Source: a bacterium (lineage in GTDB: Bacteria > Patescibacteriota > Minisyncoccia > Phycocordibacterales > Phycocordibacteraceae). Taken from it: 64,000 nucleotides of DNA. Numbering within the stretch: the stretch's first letter is position 1; every line of letters begins with the position of its first letter. The translations under genes and the position numbers were made by a program. The stretch spans positions 42,463 to 106,462 of the forward strand of contig JAHFMR010000002.1 in assembly GCA_023267755.1 (NCBI GenBank), read 5' to 3'. This document shows, piece after piece, positions 45,999 to 55,256 of this stretch. The notes under the pieces were generated by a model that saw only the letters and a list, made by a program, of their open reading frames with translations, did no database searches and was not told the DNA's origin.

Positions 45999-46646
45999 AT
46001 GAAAGCGAAATATGTGGTATTCGACGGTATGGACGGCTCAGGGAAGGGGACGCAGATCGAGCTCCTGAAGAGGGCACTCGGCGATTCGGTATTCTTCACA
46101 CGCGAGCCGGGTGGTCCGCCGCTTGCCGAGGAGATACGGAAGATTGTCCGCGATAGCCCTCTCGCAGGGCAATCAACAGCGCTTTTCCACTTCCTCGGTT
46201 TCTGGATGGCGAGAGAAGAGACGATGCACAAGCTCGTTATACCCACGCTGCAGTCGGGCAAGCACGTCTTTTCTGACCGGGGAGAGTCGTCGACCGTCGC
46301 GTTTCAGCTCTGGGGCGAGGAACATCACGAGCTCCAACACGCATTCGATATCATGCACGCATTGGTGTTTGACGAGCGGCACGAGCCCGATCTCTACATC
46401 ATCTTCGACCTGCCGGCCGAAGTCGCTCGCGAACGGGTGATGCGCGATGCAAATCGCGAGACGAACCATTTCGACGAACGTGATCTCGCGTACTACGAGC
46501 GCGTGCGCGAAGGGTTTCGCGAGTTCGCGAAACATCTGCCGGTCGAGTTCGTCGATGCAACGGGTTCGCCAGAAGAGATACACCGTTCTGTGCAGATGGT
46601 TCTTGCGCGACGAATGATTCTCCCCGAGCTGGCGTTCCTTGTGTGA
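45999..46646 (+). CDS. tmk: Thymidylate kinase
   Basis: It has the FDGMDGSGKGTQ P-loop and a TREPGG motif. Confidence 0.9.
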   Translation: MKAKYVVFDGMDGSGKGTQIELLKRALGDSVFFTREPGGPPLAEEIRKIVRDSPLAGQSTALFHFLGFWMAREETMHKLVIPTLQSGKHVFSDRGESSTVAFQLWGEEHHELQHAFDIMHALVFDERHEPDLYIIFDLPAEVARERVMRDANRETNHFDERDLAYYERVREGFREFAKHLPVEFVDATGSPEEIHRSVQMVLARRMILPELAFLV

Positions 46647-46710
46647 CAACCTCGTCCGTTCCCGGCGCGCTCTTGGCGCGCCGGTTTTTCATTTCTGGTA
46701 CAGTAGCCAG

Positions 46711-47976
46711 ATGAAATTCCCTTTCATAAAGAGAGAAGACCCAGAGATATACACCGCGCTCGTGGGTGAGGAGAAGCGGCAGGCCGAGGGACTGGAGCTC
46801 ATCCCCAGCGAGAACTACGTCTCGCACGCAGTGAAGGAAGCGATGGCCTCTTCGCTTACCAATAAGTATGCCGAAGGGTATCCCGGCAAGCGTTACTACG
46901 GCGGACAGGAGTTCACCGACGCGGTCGAGACACTCGCGATAGAGCGCGCGAAGAAGCTCTTTGGTGCGAAATTTGCAAACGTGCAGCCGCTTGGCGGCGC
47001 CAATGCGAACATCGCGATGTACTTCGCCCTCCTCTCTCCCGGCGACACCGTGCTCGGGATGGATCTCTCACACGGCGGCCACCTGACTCACGGCCACCCG
47101 GTAACCTATCTCACCAAGATCTTCAACTTCGTCCATTATGGGATGAAGGATGTCGAGACGGGCGAGATTGACTACGACGAGATGCGTCGCGTCGCCAAGA
47201 AGACAAAGCCTAAGATTATCCTCGCGGGCTTCTCGGCGTATCCGCGCGAGCTCGACTATGCGAAGTTTGTAAAGATTGCGCGCGAGGTGGGCGCGCTTGC
47301 GGTGATGGACATCGCGCACATCGCGGGACTCATCGCGGGTAAGGCGGCCAAGAATCCGTTTGACTACGGCTTCGATATTATGACCACCACGACGCACAAG
47401 ACGCTGCGCGGCCCGCGTGGCGGGATGATCCTCGTGCGCGAGAGCGAAGAGCTGGCAAAGAAGATCGACAAAGCAATTTTCCCAGGCTTCCAGGGCGGCC
47501 CGCATATGCACCAGATAGCCGCCAAGGCAGTCGCCTTCGGCGAAGCACTTCGACCCTCATTTAAGAAATACGCGAAGCAGATTATCAAGAATGCAAAGGC
47601 GATGGAAAAAGTCTTTAAGAAAAGTGGCGCGCGTATGCTCGCTGGCGGTACCGATAACCACCTTATCCTGCTCGACGTGTGGACCTCGTATGGCATCTCG
47701 GGTGGGGAAGCGGAGCGGCTGCTTGATAGGGCGGGCATCACGCTCAATAAGAACGCGATCGCTGACGACACAAGGAAGCCGATGGACCCGTCCGGCATCC
47801 GCTTTGGCACACCGGCGATCACGACGCGCGGACTCGGCTCTGCAGAATCCGCGCGCGTGGCCGAGCTGATGATCGAGGTACTCACTAAGCGCGACGACAC
47901 GACAGTCGTGCGCGTGAGAAAAGAGATTAAGAAGCTCGCAAAGGCCTTCCCAATACCAGACTCATTTGAGAAGTAA
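46711..47976 (+). CDS. glyA: Serine hydroxymethyltransferase
   Basis: It has the PLP-lysine region TTTHKTLRGPRGG and the N-terminal LIPSENYVS motif. Confidence 0.95.
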   Translation: MKFPFIKREDPEIYTALVGEEKRQAEGLELIPSENYVSHAVKEAMASSLTNKYAEGYPGKRYYGGQEFTDAVETLAIERAKKLFGAKFANVQPLGGANANIAMYFALLSPGDTVLGMDLSHGGHLTHGHPVTYLTKIFNFVHYGMKDVETGEIDYDEMRRVAKKTKPKIILAGFSAYPRELDYAKFVKIAREVGALAVMDIAHIAGLIAGKAAKNPFDYGFDIMTTTTHKTLRGPRGGMILVRESEELAKKIDKAIFPGFQGGPHMHQIAAKAVAFGEALRPSFKKYAKQIIKNAKAMEKVFKKSGARMLAGGTDNHLILLDVWTSYGISGGEAERLLDRAGITLNKNAIADDTRKPMDPSGIRFGTPAITTRGLGSAESARVAELMIEVLTKRDDTTVVRVRKEIKKLAKAFPIPDSFEK

Positions 47977-47994
47977 ATCTGGTACACTCGTCCC

Positions 47995-49572
47995 ATGGAG
48001 GAGCGGATACGAGAAGTGTTAGGGAAGAACGATATCACGATACGACGGCCACTGCCGGCGTTTGGCGACTACGCGGTCTTCGGAGGTGCCGAGGCAGAAG
48101 CACTTGCTTCGCAACTGCGCGAGGGGCTGGGAGCTACGGTAGAGAAGGTAGAGGTGGTGCACGGCTTCGTGAATATCACCATCTCTCGTGAGGCGGTAAC
48201 GCTCGCGGTCGCTGAAGCGGCTGCGCAGGGGAGCGAATGGGGAAAAAATGATAAAGAAGCGGGGAAGCGCGTGATGGTCGAATACAGCAACCCGAACGCG
48301 TTTAAGGAGATGCATATTGGGCATTTGGTCGGCTCCATTATCGGCGAGTCCCTCTCTCGGCTTATCGAGAGTGAGGGGGCGACCGTGATGCGCGACACAT
48401 TTGGTGGGGATGTGGGGCCGAACGTCGCTAAGGCACTCTGGGGGCTGAAGGAAGCCGGTATCACCACGCCGACAAAGGCCGAAGAGCTCGGTGCCGCCTA
48501 TGCTGCGGGCGCGAAGGCGTATGAGGAGAGCGAGGAGGCGAGAGCAGAGATAGACGCGCTCAATCAGGCTCTCTACGCCGGTACGGACTCGGCACTCATG
48601 GGGCTGTGGCGCACAGGCCGGGAGATCTCGATGGAAGAGTTCCGCCGAATATGGAGGATTCTCGGGACGCATTTTGATTTTGAATTCTTTGATAGTGATA
48701 CGATCGAGAGCGGTCTGCGCCTCGTGCGTGATGGGCTCGAGAAGGGAGTCTTCGAGAAGAGTGATGGTGCGGTCATCTACAACGGTGAAGGGAAGGGAGT
48801 GCACACAATGGTCTTTATCACCTCGCACGACACCCCGACGTATGAGGCCAAGGATATTGGGCTCGCATTCTTGCGCGAGGAACGTTATTCGAGCGATCAG
48901 GTCATCATCATCACCGGCAACGAACAGACCGGACGCTTCAAGACCGTCCTCGCCGCGCTCGGAGAGCTCGCGCCGCTCCTCGCGAAGAAGACGGCACATA
49001 TCGCCACCGGATTTTTGAAATTAAGTGAGGGGAAGATGTCCTCTCGCGAGGGGAATGTCATCACCGCATCAGAATTCATCAGGAGTGTTATCGAGAAGGC
49101 GAGCGAGAAAAACCCTGATCCGCTCATCGCTGAGCAGGTCGCTGTGGGGGCGATTAAATATATGGTGCTCCGTCAATCACCCGGATCAGATATCATCTTC
49201 GACCCCGAGAAGTCGCTCTCGCTCGAAGGCGACTCGGGGCCGTATCTCCAATACGCGCTCGTGCGTGCCAAGAAGATTCTCACGTACGCTGGCGGAGAAG
49301 CGGGAACTGGAGAGCCGGACACACCTTACGCGGTCGAGCGAGTCATCCTCCACTACCCAGAAGTGGTTGCGCGCGCGATTGCCGAGCGCGCACCAAGCGT
49401 GCTCGTGACCTACCTTATCGAACTCGCGAGCGAGTGGAACTCTTTTTATGCAACGGAACAGGTGCTCGGCTCTCCTGAAGAGGTATATAAACAACGTGTC
49501 GCACGCGCCTTCGCCACCACAATGACAAATGGCCTCACGCTCCTGAGAATCCCCACGCCAGAGCGGATGTAA
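47995..49572 (+). CDS. argS: Arginine--tRNA ligase
   Basis: It is a class I aaRS with a HIGH-like motif (MHIGHLVGS), KMSSR (KMSKS-like) and a C-terminal DALR-type anticodon-binding region. Confidence 0.75.
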   Translation: MEERIREVLGKNDITIRRPLPAFGDYAVFGGAEAEALASQLREGLGATVEKVEVVHGFVNITISREAVTLAVAEAAAQGSEWGKNDKEAGKRVMVEYSNPNAFKEMHIGHLVGSIIGESLSRLIESEGATVMRDTFGGDVGPNVAKALWGLKEAGITTPTKAEELGAAYAAGAKAYEESEEARAEIDALNQALYAGTDSALMGLWRTGREISMEEFRRIWRILGTHFDFEFFDSDTIESGLRLVRDGLEKGVFEKSDGAVIYNGEGKGVHTMVFITSHDTPTYEAKDIGLAFLREERYSSDQVIIITGNEQTGRFKTVLAALGELAPLLAKKTAHIATGFLKLSEGKMSSREGNVITASEFIRSVIEKASEKNPDPLIAEQVAVGAIKYMVLRQSPGSDIIFDPEKSLSLEGDSGPYLQYALVRAKKILTYAGGEAGTGEPDTPYAVERVILHYPEVVARAIAERAPSVLVTYLIELASEWNSFYATEQVLGSPEEVYKQRVARAFATTMTNGLTLLRIPTPERM

Positions 49573-49632
49573 ACAAGGGCGTATTGAATGAGGGAATATT
49601 TGTGGTAGAGTCCTAAGCGGACTGCACCCGTT

Positions 49633-49881
49633 GTGCAGATTTTGGGAAAAGGATACGACGTGAAGAAACCATTCGGAGTGAGTGATGCCCACGTGCGGGC
49701 AAAGATTGATGTGGTCACCTCCAGCCAGAAAATTTCACTCGGCAAGCTTTTCGAGGCGGCGGCCGCAAAACATGCCCCGCACTTGAGACCGAGAGAGATC
49801 GAGCGCAAATTGGGGCGGTATCTGGGAGGCTCCGCCCCGCCGGCCTTCGTGGCGGCACACGTACATGAACTGGTCGCTTAG
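49633..49881 (+). CDS. Hypothetical small protein (82 aa)
   Basis: It is a stand-alone ORF bracketed by a hairpin+T-run after argS (about 49611-49640) and another hairpin+T-run (about 49898-49935). There are no recognisable motifs. Confidence 0.35.
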   Translation: MQILGKGYDVKKPFGVSDAHVRAKIDVVTSSQKISLGKLFEAAAAKHAPHLRPREIERKLGRYLGGSAPPAFVAAHVHELVA

Positions 49882-49958
49882 CGCGACTCCACAACTTCGA
49901 CACAGCCGCCACCAGCGGCTGTTCCATTTTTACCCTGTAAACGCTACGATAGTCAGAT

Positions 49959-52784
49959 ATGGCCGATATGCCGGAGAAGTCAGACGCCGCTAAGAGAGAG
50001 GAAGCGATACTCGCGTTCTGGCAGAAGGAGCGCATCTTCGAGAAATCGCTCGAGAAGGAAGCTCCGGGGGGCGACTTTGTATTTTATGATGGTCCGCCGT
50101 TTGCAACCGGCACGCCGCATTATGGGCACATCGTCGCGAGCGTGATCAAAGACGTTGTACCGCGCTACTGGACTATGCGCGGTTACCATGTCCCGCGCGT
50201 TTGGGGCTGGGATTGTCACGGTCTGCCGATTGAAAATATTGTCGAGAAAGAGCTCGGCTTCAAACACAAGAAAGATATCAAGGAATACGGCATCGCGAAT
50301 TTTAATGAGCGTTGTCGCGAACGCGTGCTCACCTATGTCGACTACTGGAAGACGTTCATCCCACGCATTGGTCGCTGGGCTGATATGGAGAACGCCTACA
50401 GCACAATGGACAAATCTTTTATGGAGAGCGTCTGGTGGGTCTTCAAGACAATCTACGACAAAGGGCTTGTCTACGAGGATTATCGCGTGATGCATATCTG
50501 TCCGCGCTGTGAGACGACGCTCTCGCAACAGGAAGTTTCAGAAGGATACAAAGACGTGAAAGATATCGCGGTGACGGTGAAGTTCAAAGTAAAAAATCCG
50601 GAGCAGCTAGGAGTGCCGCATGATAATCAAGTCTGTATTCTTGCGTGGACTACAACACCTTGGACGCTTCCGGGTAACGTGGCGCTCGCGATTGGCGAGA
50701 AGATTCAGTATGTGATGTGGACTGACGCTGAGGAGGGCAGGGGCGCAGTTAGTTATATTGCATCAGCTGCTTGGTTCAATAAGAATCAAGTTCAGTCTGT
50801 TACCGTACCAGTTTCTACAGAAGTTCTTAAATCTCTCGAATACGAACCACTCTTTGATTACTACAGCAAAGATACATCACTCAAGAATCATGAGAATGGT
50901 TGGAAGGTGTGTGCCGCAGATTTTATAACTACTGATACTGGCACTGGCATCGCGCACGAAGCGCCGGCTTTCGGTGCGGACGATTGGGAACTCTCGAAGC
51001 AATACAATCTGCCATTCGTGCAGCACGTAAACTACGACGGCACGATGAAGAGTGAAGTGACGGCTTTTGCCGGCATGGAGGTGAAGCCGCGTTCAGATGA
51101 TGACTCAGTGCGGCTTGGTACCGACATCGCGGTGCTCAAATATCTACAGGAGCACAGCACGCTCTTCACGAAAGAGAACATAACGCACTCCTACCCGCAT
51201 TGCTGGCGCTGTGATACACCGCTCCTCAACTACGCGACGAGCTCATGGTTTGTTTCCGTTATGAAGATCAAAGAGAATATGCTCGAAAATGCCAAGAGCA
51301 TCTCGTGGTCGCCAGTGCACATTAAGGATGGCCGCTGGGGTAAGTGGCTCGAGGGCGCACGCGATTGGTCTATCTCACGTCAGCGCTTCTGGGCGAGCGC
51401 GATACCGATGTGGCGCTGTGACTCATGCAAGGGGGTACGTGTCTTCGGAGGGGCGGCCGAGCTTGAGGAGGCGAGTGGGAAGAAGATCGATGATTTGCAT
51501 AAACATATTGTCGACGAGATCACCGTGCCCTGCGCCTGCGGCGGCGTGATGCACCGTATCCCGGACGTGCTCGACACCTGGTTCGACTCCGGCTCGATGC
51601 CCTATGGAGAGAAGCACTATCCCTTCGAAGGGAAAGAAAGTTTTGATGCACAGTTCCCGGCACAATTTATCGCCGAGGGCATCGACCAGACACGCGCTTG
51701 GTTCTACTACCTGCACGTGCTCGCGGGCGCACTCTTTGAGAAGAATGCATTTCAAAATGTGATTGTAAACGGTATCGTGCTCGCCGAAGACGGCAAGAAG
51801 ATGTCGAAGCGCCTGCAGAATTACCCCGATCCGATGGATGTTGTAAATAAGTACGGCGCCGACGCACTCCGGCTCTATCTACTCGCTTCGCCTGTTATGC
51901 AGGCCGAGAATCTCGCGTTCTCCGAGAGCGGCGTTGACGAAATTGCTAAGAAGAATATTGGGCGCTTGAGTAATGTGCTCGCGTTCTACAAGCTCTTTGC
52001 AGGTGGCACTGCCGCCGCTACAAGCAAGAATATCCTCGATGTGTGGATCCTGGCACGACTCGGCGAGCTCCTACAAGAATCCACCGAGGGATATGAACAA
52101 TACCGGCTCGACAGTGCGACGAGGGCACTCGCACCGTTCATCGACGATCTCTCGGCGTGGTATGTGCGTCGCTCGCGCGATCGGTTCAAGGAAGGGAGTA
52201 ATGAAAGGGGAGAAGCCGTCTCGACCCTGCGCTATGTGCTCCACGAACTCGCTATCATCATGGCACCAGCGATGCCCTTCATCGCCGAGGAGATATTCCA
52301 GGAAGTACGCGAGAAAACGGATCCAGAAAGTGTGCATCTAGCTGGTTGGCCCTACTTCGCTGAAGCTACGAAGGGCGCGCCCGAAGTGAATGGAAAGCTG
52401 ATTGAAGAGATGGCGCACGTGCGCTCCCTCGCTTCGGAGACGCTCCAATTGCGTCAGAAAGCAAACATAAAAGTGCGTCAGCCGCTCGCCAAGCTCACCG
52501 TGCCTGAAGCCCTCTCGAGCGAGCTCGCGCAGATTCTCGCGGATGAAGTAAATGTGAAAGAAATCGTTATGGGAGGGGAGCTCGCACTCGACACCGAGCT
52601 CACCCCCGAGCTCATCAAGGAGGGCGATGAACGTGAAATGGCGAGCGCTGTCGCGCAAGCACGCAAGGCGGAGAGGCTCTCGCCGGCCGATGTGGCGCAT
52701 GCCACGATAAATGAAGGAGGGAAGTATAGTGCGGCGCTCTCGACAGGCGAAGTACGTTTCGACCTGATTAAAGATGCGGCATAA
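49959..52784 (+). CDS. ileS: Isoleucine--tRNA ligase
   Basis: It has HYGH (HIGH class I), KMSKR (KMSKS), a CP1 editing domain and C-terminal zinc-binding Cys pairs. It is 941 aa. Confidence 0.95.
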   Translation: MADMPEKSDAAKREEAILAFWQKERIFEKSLEKEAPGGDFVFYDGPPFATGTPHYGHIVASVIKDVVPRYWTMRGYHVPRVWGWDCHGLPIENIVEKELGFKHKKDIKEYGIANFNERCRERVLTYVDYWKTFIPRIGRWADMENAYSTMDKSFMESVWWVFKTIYDKGLVYEDYRVMHICPRCETTLSQQEVSEGYKDVKDIAVTVKFKVKNPEQLGVPHDNQVCILAWTTTPWTLPGNVALAIGEKIQYVMWTDAEEGRGAVSYIASAAWFNKNQVQSVTVPVSTEVLKSLEYEPLFDYYSKDTSLKNHENGWKVCAADFITTDTGTGIAHEAPAFGADDWELSKQYNLPFVQHVNYDGTMKSEVTAFAGMEVKPRSDDDSVRLGTDIAVLKYLQEHSTLFTKENITHSYPHCWRCDTPLLNYATSSWFVSVMKIKENMLENAKSISWSPVHIKDGRWGKWLEGARDWSISRQRFWASAIPMWRCDSCKGVRVFGGAAELEEASGKKIDDLHKHIVDEITVPCACGGVMHRIPDVLDTWFDSGSMPYGEKHYPFEGKESFDAQFPAQFIAEGIDQTRAWFYYLHVLAGALFEKNAFQNVIVNGIVLAEDGKKMSKRLQNYPDPMDVVNKYGADALRLYLLASPVMQAENLAFSESGVDEIAKKNIGRLSNVLAFYKLFAGGTAAATSKNILDVWILARLGELLQESTEGYEQYRLDSATRALAPFIDDLSAWYVRRSRDRFKEGSNERGEAVSTLRYVLHELAIIMAPAMPFIAEEIFQEVREKTDPESVHLAGWPYFAEATKGAPEVNGKLIEEMAHVRSLASETLQLRQKANIKVRQPLAKLTVPEALSSELAQILADEVNVKEIVMGGELALDTELTPELIKEGDEREMASAVAQARKAERLSPADVAHATINEGGKYSAALSTGEVRFDLIKDAA

Positions 52785-53337
52785 GTATGAGACGCGGGGC
52801 GTCGTTCTTTCGCGAGCGCCGCTCGGAGAAGCGAGTGCGTTTATCACGCTCATCACACCAGAACTCGGGACGGTACGCGCGCACACACAGAGCGTACGTC
52901 GGTCGGGCGCTAAGCTTGCCCATGCACTAACGACGTTTGCCGAGAGTGAGGTAGTACTTGTCCGCGGGAAGGAGGGGTGGCGGCTCTCGGGAGCGGTATT
53001 GCAGACGAATTGGTTCGCGCGGCTCTCGCCGCTCTCGCGCGAGCGAGCAGTGCGAATCTCTGGTTTGCTGCAACGTCTTGTTACCGGCGAAGCACCTGAG
53101 CCAGCACTCTTCCCGATTATGACCGGCTTCTTCGAATCACTCTCGAACGTTCCTCACGATCTGCACGAGGCCGCAGAGATACTCGCGGCACTCCGTATAC
53201 TCTCGACACTCGGATTTGATGCAGAACAGATCCCGCAGGAGAGCGACTTCACACTACTGTCGCTAGAGACAGTGCGCGCGGAGCGTACGGCCTACATCGC
53301 GCGCATTAATCAAGGCATTGCCGCCTCGGGGCTTTAA
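52774..53337 (+). CDS. recO: DNA repair protein RecO (short form)
   Basis: An N-terminal OB-fold (ETRGVVLSRAPLGEASAFITLIT.ELG) is present. At 187 aa it is a reduced RecO. Confidence 0.6.
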   Translation: MRHKYETRGVVLSRAPLGEASAFITLITPELGTVRAHTQSVRRSGAKLAHALTTFAESEVVLVRGKEGWRLSGAVLQTNWFARLSPLSRERAVRISGLLQRLVTGEAPEPALFPIMTGFFESLSNVPHDLHEAAEILAALRILSTLGFDAEQIPQESDFTLLSLETVRAERTAYIARINQGIAASGL

Positions 53338-53357
53338 ATTCTTGTATACTAAGAGGG

Positions 53358-55247
53358 ATGCAACCACTTCCCGAAGATGATGAGAGCGCGCTTGAACATG
53401 CACGCGAGTATTTGTATAAGCCAGGAGAGGATGTCCCGCACGCACACCCACTCCTTGACGGACTCGAAGCACACGTCTTGCCACATCAGTGGGAGGAGCA
53501 GGCTCCACTTGAACAGGTTGTCGCCACCGGGACGCACCATATGAAGCGTGCGTGGAAGTTTTTCATCGGCGCACTCATCTTCTTCCTCGTCGCAACAAGT
53601 GTTGCCAGCTACGTCTTCTACTTCGGAGGAAACGCAGTTTCGGTGGATAAGATTGCAATAGATGTGCAGGGTCCGACAACGCTCGCAGGAGGCGACACTA
53701 TTCCGCTTTCAGTCACCATCACGAATAAGAACGCGGTCCCGATTCAAAATGGGACCATCGCTATCGACTTCCCGAGTGGCACGCGCGACGCCACTGACGT
53801 TTTGAAGCCCTACCCGCACTATATTGAGAATCTCGGCACACTTGAAAGCGGAGCTTCGATAACGCGCTCGATAAAGGCAGTGGTATTCGGTGGGGCAGGC
53901 GAGAAGCTCTCACTCCCAATTGCCTTTTCTTATGGCACAGGAGGTTCGAACGCTCGGTTTGTGAAGAATGCGGCATATGACTTCCTTATTTCGTCGACGC
54001 CGCTCTCGATAGTTGTCGATACGCTTGCCGAGACCACCTCGGGACAGCCGCTCACACTTACGCTCACGGTGAACTCGAATGCGCCGGTGCCGATTGATAA
54101 TGTCGTCCTCACCAGCGCGCTCCCCTTTGGTTTCGTCGTCACCTCGTCATCACTCCCAATGAACAATGCGAGCTTCCTTGTTGGGACGCTCCTACCAGGA
54201 GCGCACAAGACGATTACACTCACCGGGACGCTCATCGGCCAAGACAGCGAGCAGCGCGTATTCCACTTTACTGTCGGAACTGCGCAGACGGCGCACGATC
54301 AGAATCTCGCGGTCACTTATATGACACAGGACGCGAATGTGAAGATTGCCGCGCCCTTCATCAATACGACGTTGGCGCTAAACGGAAATACGTCGGCAAA
54401 CGTTGTGGTGGCCCCGGGCGCTGCTCAGACAGTCACGCTCTCCTACACCAACACGCTCCCGACAAGCATCACAGACGCCATCATTTCGGTAGGCCTTTCA
54501 GGCGGAGCCGTTGACTACAACAGTATCCGGACTTCAGGAGGATTCTATAACTCGGCGACCCATTCGATACTCTTCAGTAAGGACACCGACCCCACCCTCG
54601 CGGTGCTTGCGCCGGGCGCCTCCGGTATCGGCACCTTCACGTTCCAGACGCTTCCGACAAATGCAGCACTCTCTGCACCGACTATCACCTTCACCACCTC
54701 GGTGTCGGGCACACGCGTCGGGCAGGCCAACGTTTCTGGACAGGTGAGCTCAGTAGCGATCAAGACGGCGAAGGTGACGACGGCTATCGTGCTCGCGGTT
54801 TCGACGCTCCACAGCTCGGGGCCGCTCGGCAATAGCGGCCCGATCCCGCCACGCGCCAATCAGGCGACGACCTATACCGTGGCGTGGAGCACGCAGAACT
54901 CAGGAAGCACGGTTGCTGGAGGAACGATGACGGCTACACTACCAACCTACGTCACCTACACCAGTAAGACGAGCGGCGACGGATCGTTCTCATACAACAG
55001 CGAATCGCGTATGGTCACCTGGAATGTCGGCAATCTCGCGCAGGGCACGAAGGCGCAGGGGTATTTCCAAGTGTCACTTACACCCTCGACTTCACAGAAG
55101 AACACTTCGCCGATGCTGGTCAAAACAGCTTTGTTCTCCGGGTATGACCGCTTTGCGGGCGTGCAGGTATCTTCAACAGCTGACTCGGTGACAACCGAGA
55201 CACTGGGAGATCCTGGCTATAGCTCAGTCAACGGCACTGTGCAATAA
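53358..55247 (+). CDS. Large membrane-anchored surface protein with repeated Ig-like (CARDB/DUF11-like) beta domains
   Basis: It has a single N-terminal TM (FFIGALIFFLVATSVASYVFYF) and about 5 repeats of roughly 100 aa of Thr/Ser/Val-rich beta modules (e.g. LTLTVNSNAPVPIDNVVLTSALPFGF). Confidence 0.55.
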   Translation: MQPLPEDDESALEHAREYLYKPGEDVPHAHPLLDGLEAHVLPHQWEEQAPLEQVVATGTHHMKRAWKFFIGALIFFLVATSVASYVFYFGGNAVSVDKIAIDVQGPTTLAGGDTIPLSVTITNKNAVPIQNGTIAIDFPSGTRDATDVLKPYPHYIENLGTLESGASITRSIKAVVFGGAGEKLSLPIAFSYGTGGSNARFVKNAAYDFLISSTPLSIVVDTLAETTSGQPLTLTLTVNSNAPVPIDNVVLTSALPFGFVVTSSSLPMNNASFLVGTLLPGAHKTITLTGTLIGQDSEQRVFHFTVGTAQTAHDQNLAVTYMTQDANVKIAAPFINTTLALNGNTSANVVVAPGAAQTVTLSYTNTLPTSITDAIISVGLSGGAVDYNSIRTSGGFYNSATHSILFSKDTDPTLAVLAPGASGIGTFTFQTLPTNAALSAPTITFTTSVSGTRVGQANVSGQVSSVAIKTAKVTTAIVLAVSTLHSSGPLGNSGPIPPRANQATTYTVAWSTQNSGSTVAGGTMTATLPTYVTYTSKTSGDGSFSYNSESRMVTWNVGNLAQGTKAQGYFQVSLTPSTSQKNTSPMLVKTALFSGYDRFAGVQVSSTADSVTTETLGDPGYSSVNGTVQ

Positions 55248-55256
55248 TCCACCTCT

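Noticed and set aside
47364-49000. Long minus-strand ORFs (224 aa, 326 aa) antisense to glyA/argS
   Set aside because: They are shadow ORFs opposite genes with clear catalytic motifs.
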